A stretch of 62,063 bases of DNA, filler included, from Rhabdomonas costata (lineage: Eukaryota), in assembly GCA_019059605.1 (NCBI GenBank). It is 31 parts of 31 records of this genome, joined end to end, with 100 filler letters (N's around TTAATTAATTAA, not from the genome) between each part and the next. Parts side by side here need not be neighbours in the genome. Positions count along the whole stretch, not along the records: positions 48,128 to 50,032 come from JAHMHO010007544.1; positions 50,133 to 52,037 come from JAHMHO010007545.1; positions 52,138 to 54,042 come from JAHMHO010007546.1; positions 54,143 to 56,047 come from JAHMHO010007547.1; positions 56,148 to 58,052 come from JAHMHO010007548.1; positions 58,153 to 60,058 come from JAHMHO010007549.1; 25 more parts are not named here. One strand, 5' to 3'. Positions 49,921 to 60,158 of this stretch are shown here, one piece after another. The translations under genes and the position numbers were made by a program. Within the stretch, counting starts at the first letter, position 1; every line of letters starts with the position of its first letter. The notes below the pieces were generated by a model that was not told the DNA's origin, searched no databases, and saw only the letters and a program-made list of their open reading frames with translations.

Positions 49921-51252
49921 ATCGATGACGTTACTTGTCAGAAGGAGAAGAGGAGTAGGAATATATCACTATTTTTTTTTGAGACCTACTGAGGTCTGTA
50001 CCATTGCCGAAATGAGAGAAGAAACACAAAACNNNNNNNNNNNNNNNNNNNNNNNNNNNNNNNNNNNNNNNNNNNNTTAATTAATTAANNNNNNNNNNNN
50101 NNNNNNNNNNNNNNNNNNNNNNNNNNNNNNNNGTTGGTTTGTCACATGGCTATAAAACGGTTGCTGACAGAAAAAATCCATATGGCCCCCAACGACCCCA
50201 AGGGTGCAACGAAGGAAGGGTTCCAGTGATGAGTACTGAAAAAATTGGAGATTCTCCTTGAGAAAGAGTCTGGAGCAAGCTGAGTTGGCTGCACTGTTGG
50301 CTGCCGCGTTTGAGAGCCGTTATCCTCCAAGTTGTCCCTTTTGGTCGATTTGATCCATGCCTAATACCTAATGAGGGACATTCAGGGACAACCGTATGGG
50401 TTCCGCATCCTTTGGTGGGAACTGACAAGCAGAGCGGAATCATATCCGCACCCGATCCCGAATTTCTTTTTTGTGAAAGAGAGGGAGTGAGAGGTCCAGA
50501 CCCAACGCTTGAAAGCCGTGGCAATATCAGTGGCGAGTGGGCACCTGTGGCCTCAAAGAGGGCCCGCAGCCCGGTCATTGCCGCCGGAGGCTGGGCGACA
50601 CTGTACCTCCAGCGCAAGGGCACAGGTGGTGTGGCCTGACCTGAGGCGCCCGCGTGGAGGGCGACCTGCAGAGCTTCCAGAGAGGGGTACTCCGAGGGCA
50701 GGGAAGGCGCCGCAACGCAGCCCAGGAGGGTGCCCAAGTGGGAGTAGGTAGAGGTGGGGTGGGCGGCAGCCAGCGAGAGTGTGGAGGCTGCAACCCCGAG
50801 AGAACGAGTTAGAAGAAGGTGTCAACCATTGGCATGGCGATGAATGGATGCATGGATGAAGAAGACATCTTGCTTTTTCCTAATGAGGATCATGAAGATC
50901 ATGAGGTGCCTGTGGTGGTTCGAGGTAAGGTTGGGTGACTCTGGGGCAGAAAAAAGGGCACAGTAATGTCCCTTGCAGGACGCCGTGCCCCTCGATGACA
51001 GCCTGCTCGAGACGGAGGGCTTGAGGTCAGCATGCTCGAGACGGAGGGCTTGAGGTGGGATACAAAGGAGAAACTACGGAAACCAGGTCGGAAAATCGTT
51101 TCAAATGAAACGCAGCTCCCGGTCCCAAAAATATGTCCAACACTGTGATCAAAGAGACGAGGCAGAGTCCCCAACAGTGGAGAGACTGATAATGAGCAGC
51201 AACAAAAAGGAAACCGTAAGAACGGGATCTTACAGCCAGAAGTGAGATCAAC

Positions 51253-51463
51253 CTGGGAACGTGGCTTCTTGCAGAGCCTGCAGCCCGCCCAGTGTCGGGT
51301 CTTGGGCAAAACGGTGCAGCCACCACATCGAAGGGCTGGCCGCCGGCAGCTGCCACTCGTGGGGACGCACAACAGTGCCACTGCTACTGCTGCTAACGAC
51401 CTCGCGCGTTTGGACGCCTGCCAGCACCGCACCCAACGGAGTGTACCCCTCCGAGTTGGACGC
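51253..51463 (-). CDS. Exon with an ankyrin-like motif (hypothetical)
   Basis: NSEGYTPLGAV at the exon start, flanked by tacag and GT. Confidence 0.3.
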
Positions 51464-52378
51464 TGTAAAAAACGGACTTATGGATGGTGTATGCTTAGCT
51501 TCTTTTTTTTTGTGAGTGAGTGACCACGTGAAAAAAGAGCACAGACAAACGCCGCCTTTTCCCTTCTGCAGTGCCGTCCACATCTGCCATGCTGCACGGG
51601 AGCTCAGTGTACCACGCTACGTGAAGAGTCCAACACTTCACACCGACGCTGCGGCGAGTACATCATATAATAATGCCACCTTGGTACTTCAGAACACTTG
51701 GACACACCTTCTCTCAATTACAAGACCCATTTCGTTCACAACTGGGTGCATTGAGGGGGCATGCGCACAGAGGCGTGGCAGGGGACGGGAGGCGGGAGGT
51801 GCTGACCAGAGGGAGGCACCCAGGCTGGGGCATGGCGACCGGCAGCCATTCCCAGCAGCCTCATCGCAGGAGAAGCCGCAGAGCCCCGGACGGCCATCGC
51901 CAGGCTCAGGCTGGGCAGAGGACCCGTTGCTAGTGCAGATGAGAGAACTGAGCACCACTCCACACCAAAACCCCAAAGACCAGCAGCGGTCAACCTGGGC
52001 CCTTGCAATAAGGGCTTTCTCAGCTCCCCCCCCACCCNNNNNNNNNNNNNNNNNNNNNNNNNNNNNNNNNNNNNNNNNNNNTTAATTAATTAANNNNNNN
52101 NNNNNNNNNNNNNNNNNNNNNNNNNNNNNNNNNNNNNGTTGGGTGGGCCACTGCTAGTGTGTGCGTCTTGCAAGATTACTGCTATTGTGTGTCATTGACG
52201 AACTGCTTTTTTTCTTGTTTGTGAAATCAATTTTATAAAAAGAAAAGACAGTTACTATTTTATATATAAAACATGTACAAAAATAATTTAGGACAATGAA
52301 TTTTCAATATCCAACAAATAAGAATGTTTTTTAGAATAATTTTGATTCTGAACATAATTTAGATTATTTTCATTCTTT

Positions 52379-52411
52379 ATTTAATGACATTTATTTTTAA
52401 TGTCATTAAAT
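52379..52411. terminator. AT-rich perfect 13-bp hairpin
   Basis: ATTTAATGACATT, 7-nt loop, AATGTCATTAAAT. A terminator role is inferred. Confidence 0.5.
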
Positions 52412-52618
52412 TTCAATTTCATTATCAAATAATTCAGTAATTCAGTTTTTGCTTATTGCTAATTGCTTATGGTTAAAGTTAAAGTTAAAGTTAATGCCAA
52501 AACAAAACCAAATATCATAATGACAGAAAATTGTGAAAGTAATAACAGTTTCATTGCTAATAAATATAAGAATTGGATTGAAATTGATTGAAATACATTC
52601 ATGTTTGTAGATATTAAA

Positions 52619-52663
52619 TAAATAGATCACATATTAACTGTATAAGTTAATATGATCTATTTA
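52619..52663. terminator. AT-rich 19-bp hairpin with a 2-nt bulge
   Basis: TAAATAGATCA(CA)TATTAACT pairs with AGTTAATATGATCTATTTA. A terminator role is inferred. Confidence 0.5.
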
Positions 52664-52678
52664 AATGATCTATTTATA

Positions 52679-52686
52679 AAAATTGA
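52679..52686 (+). promoter_or_regulatory. AAAATTGA octamer (mimivirus-type early promoter)
   Basis: Exact motif just after a hairpin and about 110 nt upstream of an ATG that opens a GC-richer segment. Confidence 0.45.
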
Positions 52687-52795
52687 AAATATAATGAATT
52701 GTAAAGTCTATATATAACTTATTTTAATCACTAGAGGACTATCAGTCGTCTAACGCTTTTCTTTACATTTCTTTACATTAACCAAACTAAGAGCC

Positions 52796-53181
52796 ATGAC
52801 GAGCTGTGTGATTGCTCACCACACACCGACGCAAGTCGAATTGACAAAGATCAAGACGAGGATTGCGAAATTCTGTTCTGGTAATCTGCCGTGCCGAAAG
52901 GCAGTGCACGTAACGAGCAATACGGAGTCTTGGATGAGAGCCAGCTTTCCTTTCTGGCAGATTGAAATTTACATGTCCAATCAAGAGAAGGCTTAAAAAT
53001 TGCGCGAATGTCTTATGCCCAAACCAACGATGAGACGTGGGCAGTCGAAATCGAAGACACAGAAGACCCGTTGGCAACTTGGCCGTCGAAGGAAGGTTCG
53101 ACGACGCAACAGTTTTATAAAGGCAAGCGACCGACATCCGTTGTCGTCACGACACAAATCAAGTCGCTGGAAGGCCTCTAA
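52796..53181 (+). pseudogene. Disrupted ORF of unknown function
   Basis: GC-richer island in AT-rich DNA. Protein-like stretches occur in two frames (MTSCVIAHHT... and ...DETWAVEIEDTEDPLATWPSKEG...), each interrupted by stops. Confidence 0.35.
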
Positions 53182-53700
53182 GCAATCTGTGGCAAGGCCG
53201 ACTTAGAGCGCAGACCCATGGTTGCGCCTCTTTCCTTCTCCTTTCCTTCCTCTTCTTCATCGGAAGCTGGTGTACTGCGCAGACAAACTGCTCGTGTGCT
53301 TTGCTAAAATAGAATAGTGTGTGTGTGTGCGCCATTGACAAACTGCTTTTTTCTTGTTTGTGAAATAAGTTTTATTAAAAAGAAAATAGTCAACATTATA
53401 TAAACAAACATGTATAAAAATATTTTAGAACAATATATTGTTGCATACTACTAAAAAAAGATTTTCATTATCGAAAATATTTAAAATTTCTATCTTTTGT
53501 TCTTGAAATTTTGGTAATTCTTTATTACGTATTTATCAAAGTGTTTTTTATCTTCGATGAATTGAAATCCAAAATTTGGAAGTTTATTTTGATTTTCTAT
53601 AAATTTTGTTATTATATAATGTTAATTGATCAACATCACCGAATAATATAAGCGGTGGTTGTATTTGTGGTTGTTGTTGTACAGATGGTTTAACATGTTG

Positions 53701-54037
53701 TTGTGCAACTGCCAACGCAGGTTGAATTATTTCTTGCATTACAATTGCGTGTTCTTGTGTTGGCATAAACTGTGTAATTGCTTGGGGAATTGACTGTAAC
53801 CTTGGCATAGATTATCAAGGTCGCTCGAATTGCCACGTGATGGATGTGGAATATTTTTGACGTGGAAAATGCGGAAAATAAGTTTTGTTGCAGTCTGGAG
53901 GTCGCCTTTCACAAGGCCAAGCCCTGACAGCATTTTCCAAAGACCTTCAAGGTACAAAAAGTACACAGTTTATGCCAACACAAGAACACGCAATTGTAAT
54001 GCAAGAAATAATTCAACCTGCGTTGGCAGTTGCACAA
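53701..54037. repeat. Perfect 76-bp inverted repeat (53701-53776 and 53962-54037)
   Basis: Both strands encode TQFMPTQEHAIVMQEIIQPALAVAQ. Confidence 0.9.
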
Positions 54038-54673
54038 ACACANNNNNNNNNNNNNNNNNNNNNNNNNNNNNNNNNNNNNNNNNNNNTTAATTAATTAANN
54101 NNNNNNNNNNNNNNNNNNNNNNNNNNNNNNNNNNNNNNNNNNTCCAGCCCCGGTCCCTGCTGCTTGAGGTCGTCCCTTTCCCTTCATTGAGCATGTCGAA
54201 TTGCGCGCTGCGTTTTGCCTTCCTTTCTGTATGTACCGCTCTTAAGGATGCATGCGTATGCTGCGTGGAAGCTGCTGGAGCAATGTCATTTAGCCAAGTG
54301 AAGGACCCGTTGCATCACTGGATGCCGTGGGATGCATTAGATAGCTGTATTCCTTTTTTCTTTTGATTTCGTGGGAACAGAGGGCTAAAAGAAAAGCTGG
54401 AATGCGAGGACCCGAAAGGTGGATGAAAAATAAAGATATTCGCAGTATACTTCAGGGTGCTTGCACGGATGTCCACATCATCTGTTGTGAGCTGCAGGGC
54501 ACCATTTCACCACACAACGGGACCAAAATCTCTGCGGAATCTGGACCCTTGGCAGAAATGTGTTGTCTTCAGTACCTTCAGTACCTAATGGGCGTGGTGA
54601 TGGTGGTGGTGGGTTTGACATCTCTCTCTATCTCTCTCTCGATCGACGCTTGCTCATGTCTGATTGGGTTCAG

Positions 54674-56047
54674 GACATTGACGGCGGTGGGGTTTTCCGG
54701 CTAGTTGCGGGTACCCTGCAGGGCTACGTCGCGGTTTTCAGCTGGGGCGAGGCCTCACCAACGTACAGTTTCCGAGAGGGCCGCCTGGGTACCCTCTCTC
54801 ACCTCGCGGCCTCCACCCTGACTACGGGCGAGCGGCATGGACCCTCTCTCCTGCTGCCTTATCGAAGAAAATGGCAATGTTTCTGATGCATGGAATCAGC
54901 CAGCTTCTTTCTGGTTCAAGACTGACTTTGTTCTGATATTCTGCTAATCCTCGTCTCCCTCTTCTCATCCTGTACTTTCTTCTTCCTCACATCTATTTTG
55001 CTGTTGTGTATTACCAGCACAATGCCTTTGTCTGTAAAAGTAATTATCTGCTTATGTTATGACTTTGACTCATTGTGAGGAAAAGAGTAACTCCCAGCTC
55101 CTCAATATGTTTCTTCGCAGCTGTATTATTGCCATCTCCGCTGAGGGGGGCTTTCACGTCCTGACGGCCACGGTGGGATGCCCACAGCTGCATCTCCACC
55201 AGTCTCACCGAATACCGATCAACACGGAGTTCATTCTACCTCTGCAGGTAGTCCCACCCACGATGTCCTTCCTTTGCTTTGCAGGATTTTGTGGTTTGCA
55301 CGCGATTAAGCTTATTGCTAATTGCCTGGCCAGGCCTGGTTGGTTTTTTGTAAATACGTTGTGTTTGAAGTGCTCCGGTACGTGGGGCAACAGAGATACG
55401 GAGTGGAAAAGGGTGAATGGTCGGGAAACTTCTCACCCCAAGGACCGCCACGCAGCGTTTCCGGAGGCCTGCTTTACATACAAAAGACCCAGGCCTGCTT
55501 TGCTTCTCCCCTTTCCCATCTCCTTTGGATTGCTTGGATGGTTTGTTCTGTTGCAAAATTCGTCCAGATGGGTGGACGGTTGGATGCTTTCTCCCACTCG
55601 GGTGGGAAAAGGAGGGGCGTGCGGAGTGGTGGTGGAAACGACATCGACTCGGCGGCTGGCTTCCAGAATTCCCTCCTTCATAAGTTGGATTCGGCCTGTG
55701 GCCTCTCCAGAACTGTTTGCGCTCTTCGTTGTGTTCAGCCTTGTCTTTCCATCGAGCCATCGCGTCTCCTTCGACAAGGTGTTTAGACTAACGGCAAGCT
55801 TTTAGTCGAGGTTTTTCGGAGACTAAATGCCGTATCACCAAAGTCGGGTCGCTCCTGTGAATTGGAACACGACACACATGCCGCACTCAGTTTACTCCGG
55901 CGCCACCCACCCCGATGTACGCTCTGGGCTGCTTGGACCGCTGCGTGTATCTCTACGCCCAGCCCCCGCCTCCGCAGGGGGAGCTGCACCGCGTCAACGT
56001 GTACCACGTCGGCGCGATGGGGAACACCCTGGTGCGCGTGCCCACCC
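54674..56047 (+). CDS. ITFG2: ITFG2-like (KICSTOR subunit), partial; exons 54674-54834, 55121-55247, 55891-56047
   Basis: DIDGGG...LVAGTLQGYVAVF, IIAISAEGGFHVL, HRIPINTE and LGCLDRCVYLY are collinear with ITFG2 (DVDND..LVVGD, VAVSAEGWFHLF, HIPANTK, VGYTDRVV). Confidence 0.75.
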
Positions 56048-56147
56048 NNNNNNNNNNNNNNNNNNNNNNNNNNNNNNNNNNNNNNNNNNNNTTAATTAAT
56101 TAANNNNNNNNNNNNNNNNNNNNNNNNNNNNNNNNNNNNNNNNNNNN

Positions 56148-57915
56148 GTGGTGGGTGTGTTTGGTGTTGGGTGGGGCAGAGAGAGGTGGCCTTGGGCTGG
56201 GCCAGGGTGCTGCCCGGGCACCCCGAGACGCTTGTCAGAACGGGCGTGGGCACGAAGGAGACCAGTACACTGCGAGGCTGCCTCGACAGCCGTCCGGCAA
56301 CCTAAACCCCAATTATCCAGACAAGCGGAAACCACCGGGAAAAGAGAGTGTCGGGAAAATTTAGATTTTGTGTTTTCTTCGAAAAAAACATCTTGTGTCA
56401 ATGCGCAACGTCAGCGAGAAAAAGAATGCCTGGAGAGACCTTTTATATTTTAGCTAACGAATGACGAAGCGACACATTTGCATGTGTGGGGCGGGGGTGG
56501 AGGGAGCACCATTCATCCCACACCAGAACCGTACCACGCATTCTTCTTTTTCCAAAACGGCACTCGATTGGAAAAAGGGGTCATTGCTGTGGGAGAAAGT
56601 GGTCAATGACGCCTGTACTCGCATGCAAAAACTCGCTTGGTCTCGTTCTTCCGCAATGGGCAGTGCGGAGCAAGTCTGCTCCCACTGGCAATGACAGCAC
56701 AACGCTGCTAGATCACATTTTTCCTTAAAGGTTTGCCAGAATTTTTTCCCATTTTAAGGCATTTGAACTAAAAACTCGGCTTCCGTGCTCAGCGAAGTAT
56801 CGACCACACCAACGCACGACACGCGGCCTACCATAATTCCAATCGCGATGTTCTGGCCCGCTCCGGTGAAGCTCGGGCATAGCGCAGTGGTGTCCGAGAG
56901 CACCACTGTGGGGCCGCACTCGAAGTACGCGCTGCGATGCGGGACGCTGGCGTTGAACAGAGCCCGCGTGGTGCCGTTCAGAGAGACAACGGAGACTGAC
57001 CCCTTCGCCACGAAGCCCACCCCGGTCAGCGTGAGCACCTGAAACGGAAGTTAACAAGTAAGCGGCCCTTTGGTGGGCAGCTGGCCAGACGAAAAGATGG
57101 ACCATTTCCAACTTAGCTACGTTACAACTGGAACCTGGAAAACGGTATGTGACGGTTTTTAGTCATTTTGACCGACATAAATGCTGTTTTCTATTTTTTT
57201 TGTGTTGAACCCGGAAGTTTTCTCAGGAGTCAACTATTGCGCCGAAGGCGCGATTTTGGGTGATTCCGCGTTTATGACGATCTTTGAAGCGATTTGTGAA
57301 TTCTGTGTGTGCTGTTTGTGAAGAAGGGTACGTAAAGATTGGGATTAAACCCAGCCATGTGATGTCGTGCAGTTCTGAGTTTAGGGTGTAACGTACTTTA
57401 TATTAGGGATTTCGGGATACGGATGGGGGGTACATATCCAGGGGGTCAGACGGATTTTGCTACAGACGTCATCGCGTTCGTTCATATTGCACTTGTCCAA
57501 GCACAGATGTTCACAGCGACATTTTGGAAGCTCAGCGACGGGAGCGTCGCTGGGATTGAACCCTACCGAGGCAGGGAAAATCACAGTAGTATAGGAAGAT
57601 TACAACCCAAAAACCATGGTTCTCATGCCACAGCGAAGGGTTAAGCACCTTCCCAGCCCATCGGCATTTTTGGAGCGATCTCTTGGACCTAGAAACTCGT
57701 AGAATACTAAATTCCAAGGGAGGGGGAGGAGGAAACGCAGGTCCCCAGAGCGGGACTACCTGGCTCCGGTTGCCGGGCAAGCACAGTGCCGTGTGAGTGG
57801 GCTGCAGGTCGGTGCACCCGGACACTCCCAGCAGAATGGGGTAGGGGTCTACCAGGGTAACCACCACGGTGGGGCTCGGATCGTTGGTCATGTTCCATTT
57901 GTTGGTCACCCAAAC
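56148..57915 (-). CDS. IPT/TIG-repeat surface protein, partial multi-exon
   Basis: Repeated PxLxxVSGC motifs (YPILLGVSGC, PTPVLTSVSGC) and VLTLTGVGF. Exon 57915-57760 is joined by GT-AG to an exon starting at 57038. Confidence 0.75.
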
Positions 57916-58391
57916 CTGGCCCAAAATCGACACCAGATAGCCCCATGTCACTTTCATAAGCAGGTTCTGACGCAGTTTACTCAGTTCCTGTGCTCGGAAA
58001 ATGAACGTCACCAGAGGTGGGAAGACAGAACATTTACCGCAACCAACCCCCCNNNNNNNNNNNNNNNNNNNNNNNNNNNNNNNNNNNNNNNNNNNNTTAA
58101 TTAATTAANNNNNNNNNNNNNNNNNNNNNNNNNNNNNNNNNNNNNNNNNNNNTTGTGGGTGGTGTAGGAACATAAATACTGGAAAAAAAAGTACAAAAAT
58201 GGAGACCCGCTTGGGCCCACAGCTTTTCACAGTTTTTCCCTGCTGGGATGAGGAAGGTCATGCGGGATCCTTCGCCATGCACAGGCACACACTTACGGGT
58301 CTTTCGCACCCTCTACCTGCACACACCACGCTCCACCTTGTGTCTGTCAAGAGTTGCGTGGTCAGAAATGAGGGTCTGTGCTGGGTCATAG

Positions 58392-58690
58392 CGCTGTACT
58401 CCTGGACTACGGTATCCACCAGCGCCACCCCTTCGGGCACGTATCCCCGCGCCGCGCACTGCACGATGACCGTCGGGAATGCGCTGCTGATGATCGCCGG
58501 GTATACCGGGTATCAAAATAAAAATTTTGCCCTGAACGACGTGTTGTGGAGCACGGACGGGGTGTCGTGGACCCAGAGCACCACTGCGGCGTTCTCCTGG
58601 CCGCGGTGGCAAATGGGCTGCGGGGTGCTTGGGTCTCGAGCCTACGTCGTGGGCGGAGTAGACGCCACCTGGTCCCAATACTCAAGCGAG
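58392..58690 (+). CDS. Kelch-repeat protein exon
   Basis: PRAAHC...LLMIAG...LNDVLWSTDGVSW...PRWQMGC...AYVVGG Kelch motifs follow a catag acceptor. Confidence 0.8.
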
Positions 58691-60158
58691 GCATGCTATG
58701 CAGTGTGGGTTGGGTATTGCAGTGCGTGTGGCAGAGTCCCGTACCGCTAACCACAAGTGGCTTGTGGCTTGTCCGATAGCAGACATCAGCATTGACCCAG
58801 AAATGTGCAAGGCAGGCATTCGCATTTGTCAGTGAAGTCATCTTTCGATCGACCCACCATCCTCTGCGCTCTTCTTTGTTCGACCAGTGCCGTTCTCTGC
58901 GGACCTAATGCCTCAAAACTCCGTAAACAGGATGGGGTGGATAAGGTCTCCAGTGTGGAAGTACAAGGTCAAGAGGAACCGTACGTGCGCCTCGATCGCA
59001 GGAAGTCTGATCTGCGTAGGCAAGAGTATTTTTCGCGGGTGAGCCAAACACTATTTTTGCACCCTTCACCATTTTGCATGAGCGAACCCGTAACTTGCGC
59101 AGGTCACAGGTCGGGAGGGCGTATCTCCTGTTATGTTACATGCGCTGATATTGCGCCCCGTATACGAATATGGCGTAACAGAGATAAGAAACAAAAATAG
59201 GGCATCATCGTACTGCAGATGCCACACGCGTGCCGAAGGAGGAGGCAGCGCCTTTGGACAATACGCGTATCAGGATTGCATTGCTGTCCCGAACCGCCGC
59301 AGGCCCGTTGCAGAGGGCATGGTGGGGATACTGATAGTGTTCGCCGGTATCCCCATATTTTCGTAAACGGAAAATGCGAAGAAAAAAACACGGAGTCGGA
59401 CTTTTGGACAGACATACAAAAAAACAATCTCTCGTACCCTGCTGTGGCACCAAAAAAACAAATATCTTCAGTTTTTCCTCGTCTTTCTCCTTGCCAAGAG
59501 GTGTCCTGATACCAAAAACTGCAATTGGACCTATTTTCACCTCGGCGCAACAGATCTGCTGCATTTTAACGGGGTAGCCTCCGCAAACTCTTGGTACCCC
59601 CAGTACTTGAGCCGACCACTTCTAATGGCTCTGTGCATATGCTCGGATGCGGCCGTGGAGTGATGAAAAAAATACGAAATTCCCTGGGCGATGCCGGAAT
59701 TCCGAAGTAAAAGAAGAAAATATGAAAAGAACGAAAATTTATACAAAAATACGATTTTTTTTGAAAAAGTGGGAAACCATGGGATACCTGAATTAGGTCG
59801 CTGATGATCACCCCTGTCTGGGCGCTTGACGATGGGGCGATAGGGCCGTCGATCCCCAACCTTTACCAAAGCGCGAGGGGTTGGTACCAGATTCTCCGCA
59901 CGTGTACAAAAACAAAGTGGTCCCTTAAAATCTGCCATCAGCGGGAGACGGCATCTTATCCCGTCAAGAAATAGATTTGGTGGCAGGGCGGTAATAAAAT
60001 TCTATTCAATGCACGTCTCTAACCCCTCCAAAGATATGCAATAGCCTAACCCAACCCCNNNNNNNNNNNNNNNNNNNNNNNNNNNNNNNNNNNNNNNNNN
60101 NNTTAATTAATTAANNNNNNNNNNNNNNNNNNNNNNNNNNNNNNNNNNNNNNNNNNNN

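Larger units (their letters stand above)
52193..53434 (+). repeat. Diverged direct repeat of about 105 bp (52193-52297 and 53333-53434)
   Basis: cattgacRaactgctttttt(t)cttgtttgtgaaat...aaaaagaaaa...acatgtaYaaaaat...acaat is present twice, 1140 bp apart. Confidence 0.85.

Noticed and set aside
51004-51057. Short tandem duplications (also near 9240-9295 and 40593-40628)
   Set aside because: Two-copy local slippage duplications without a spacer structure; not CRISPR.
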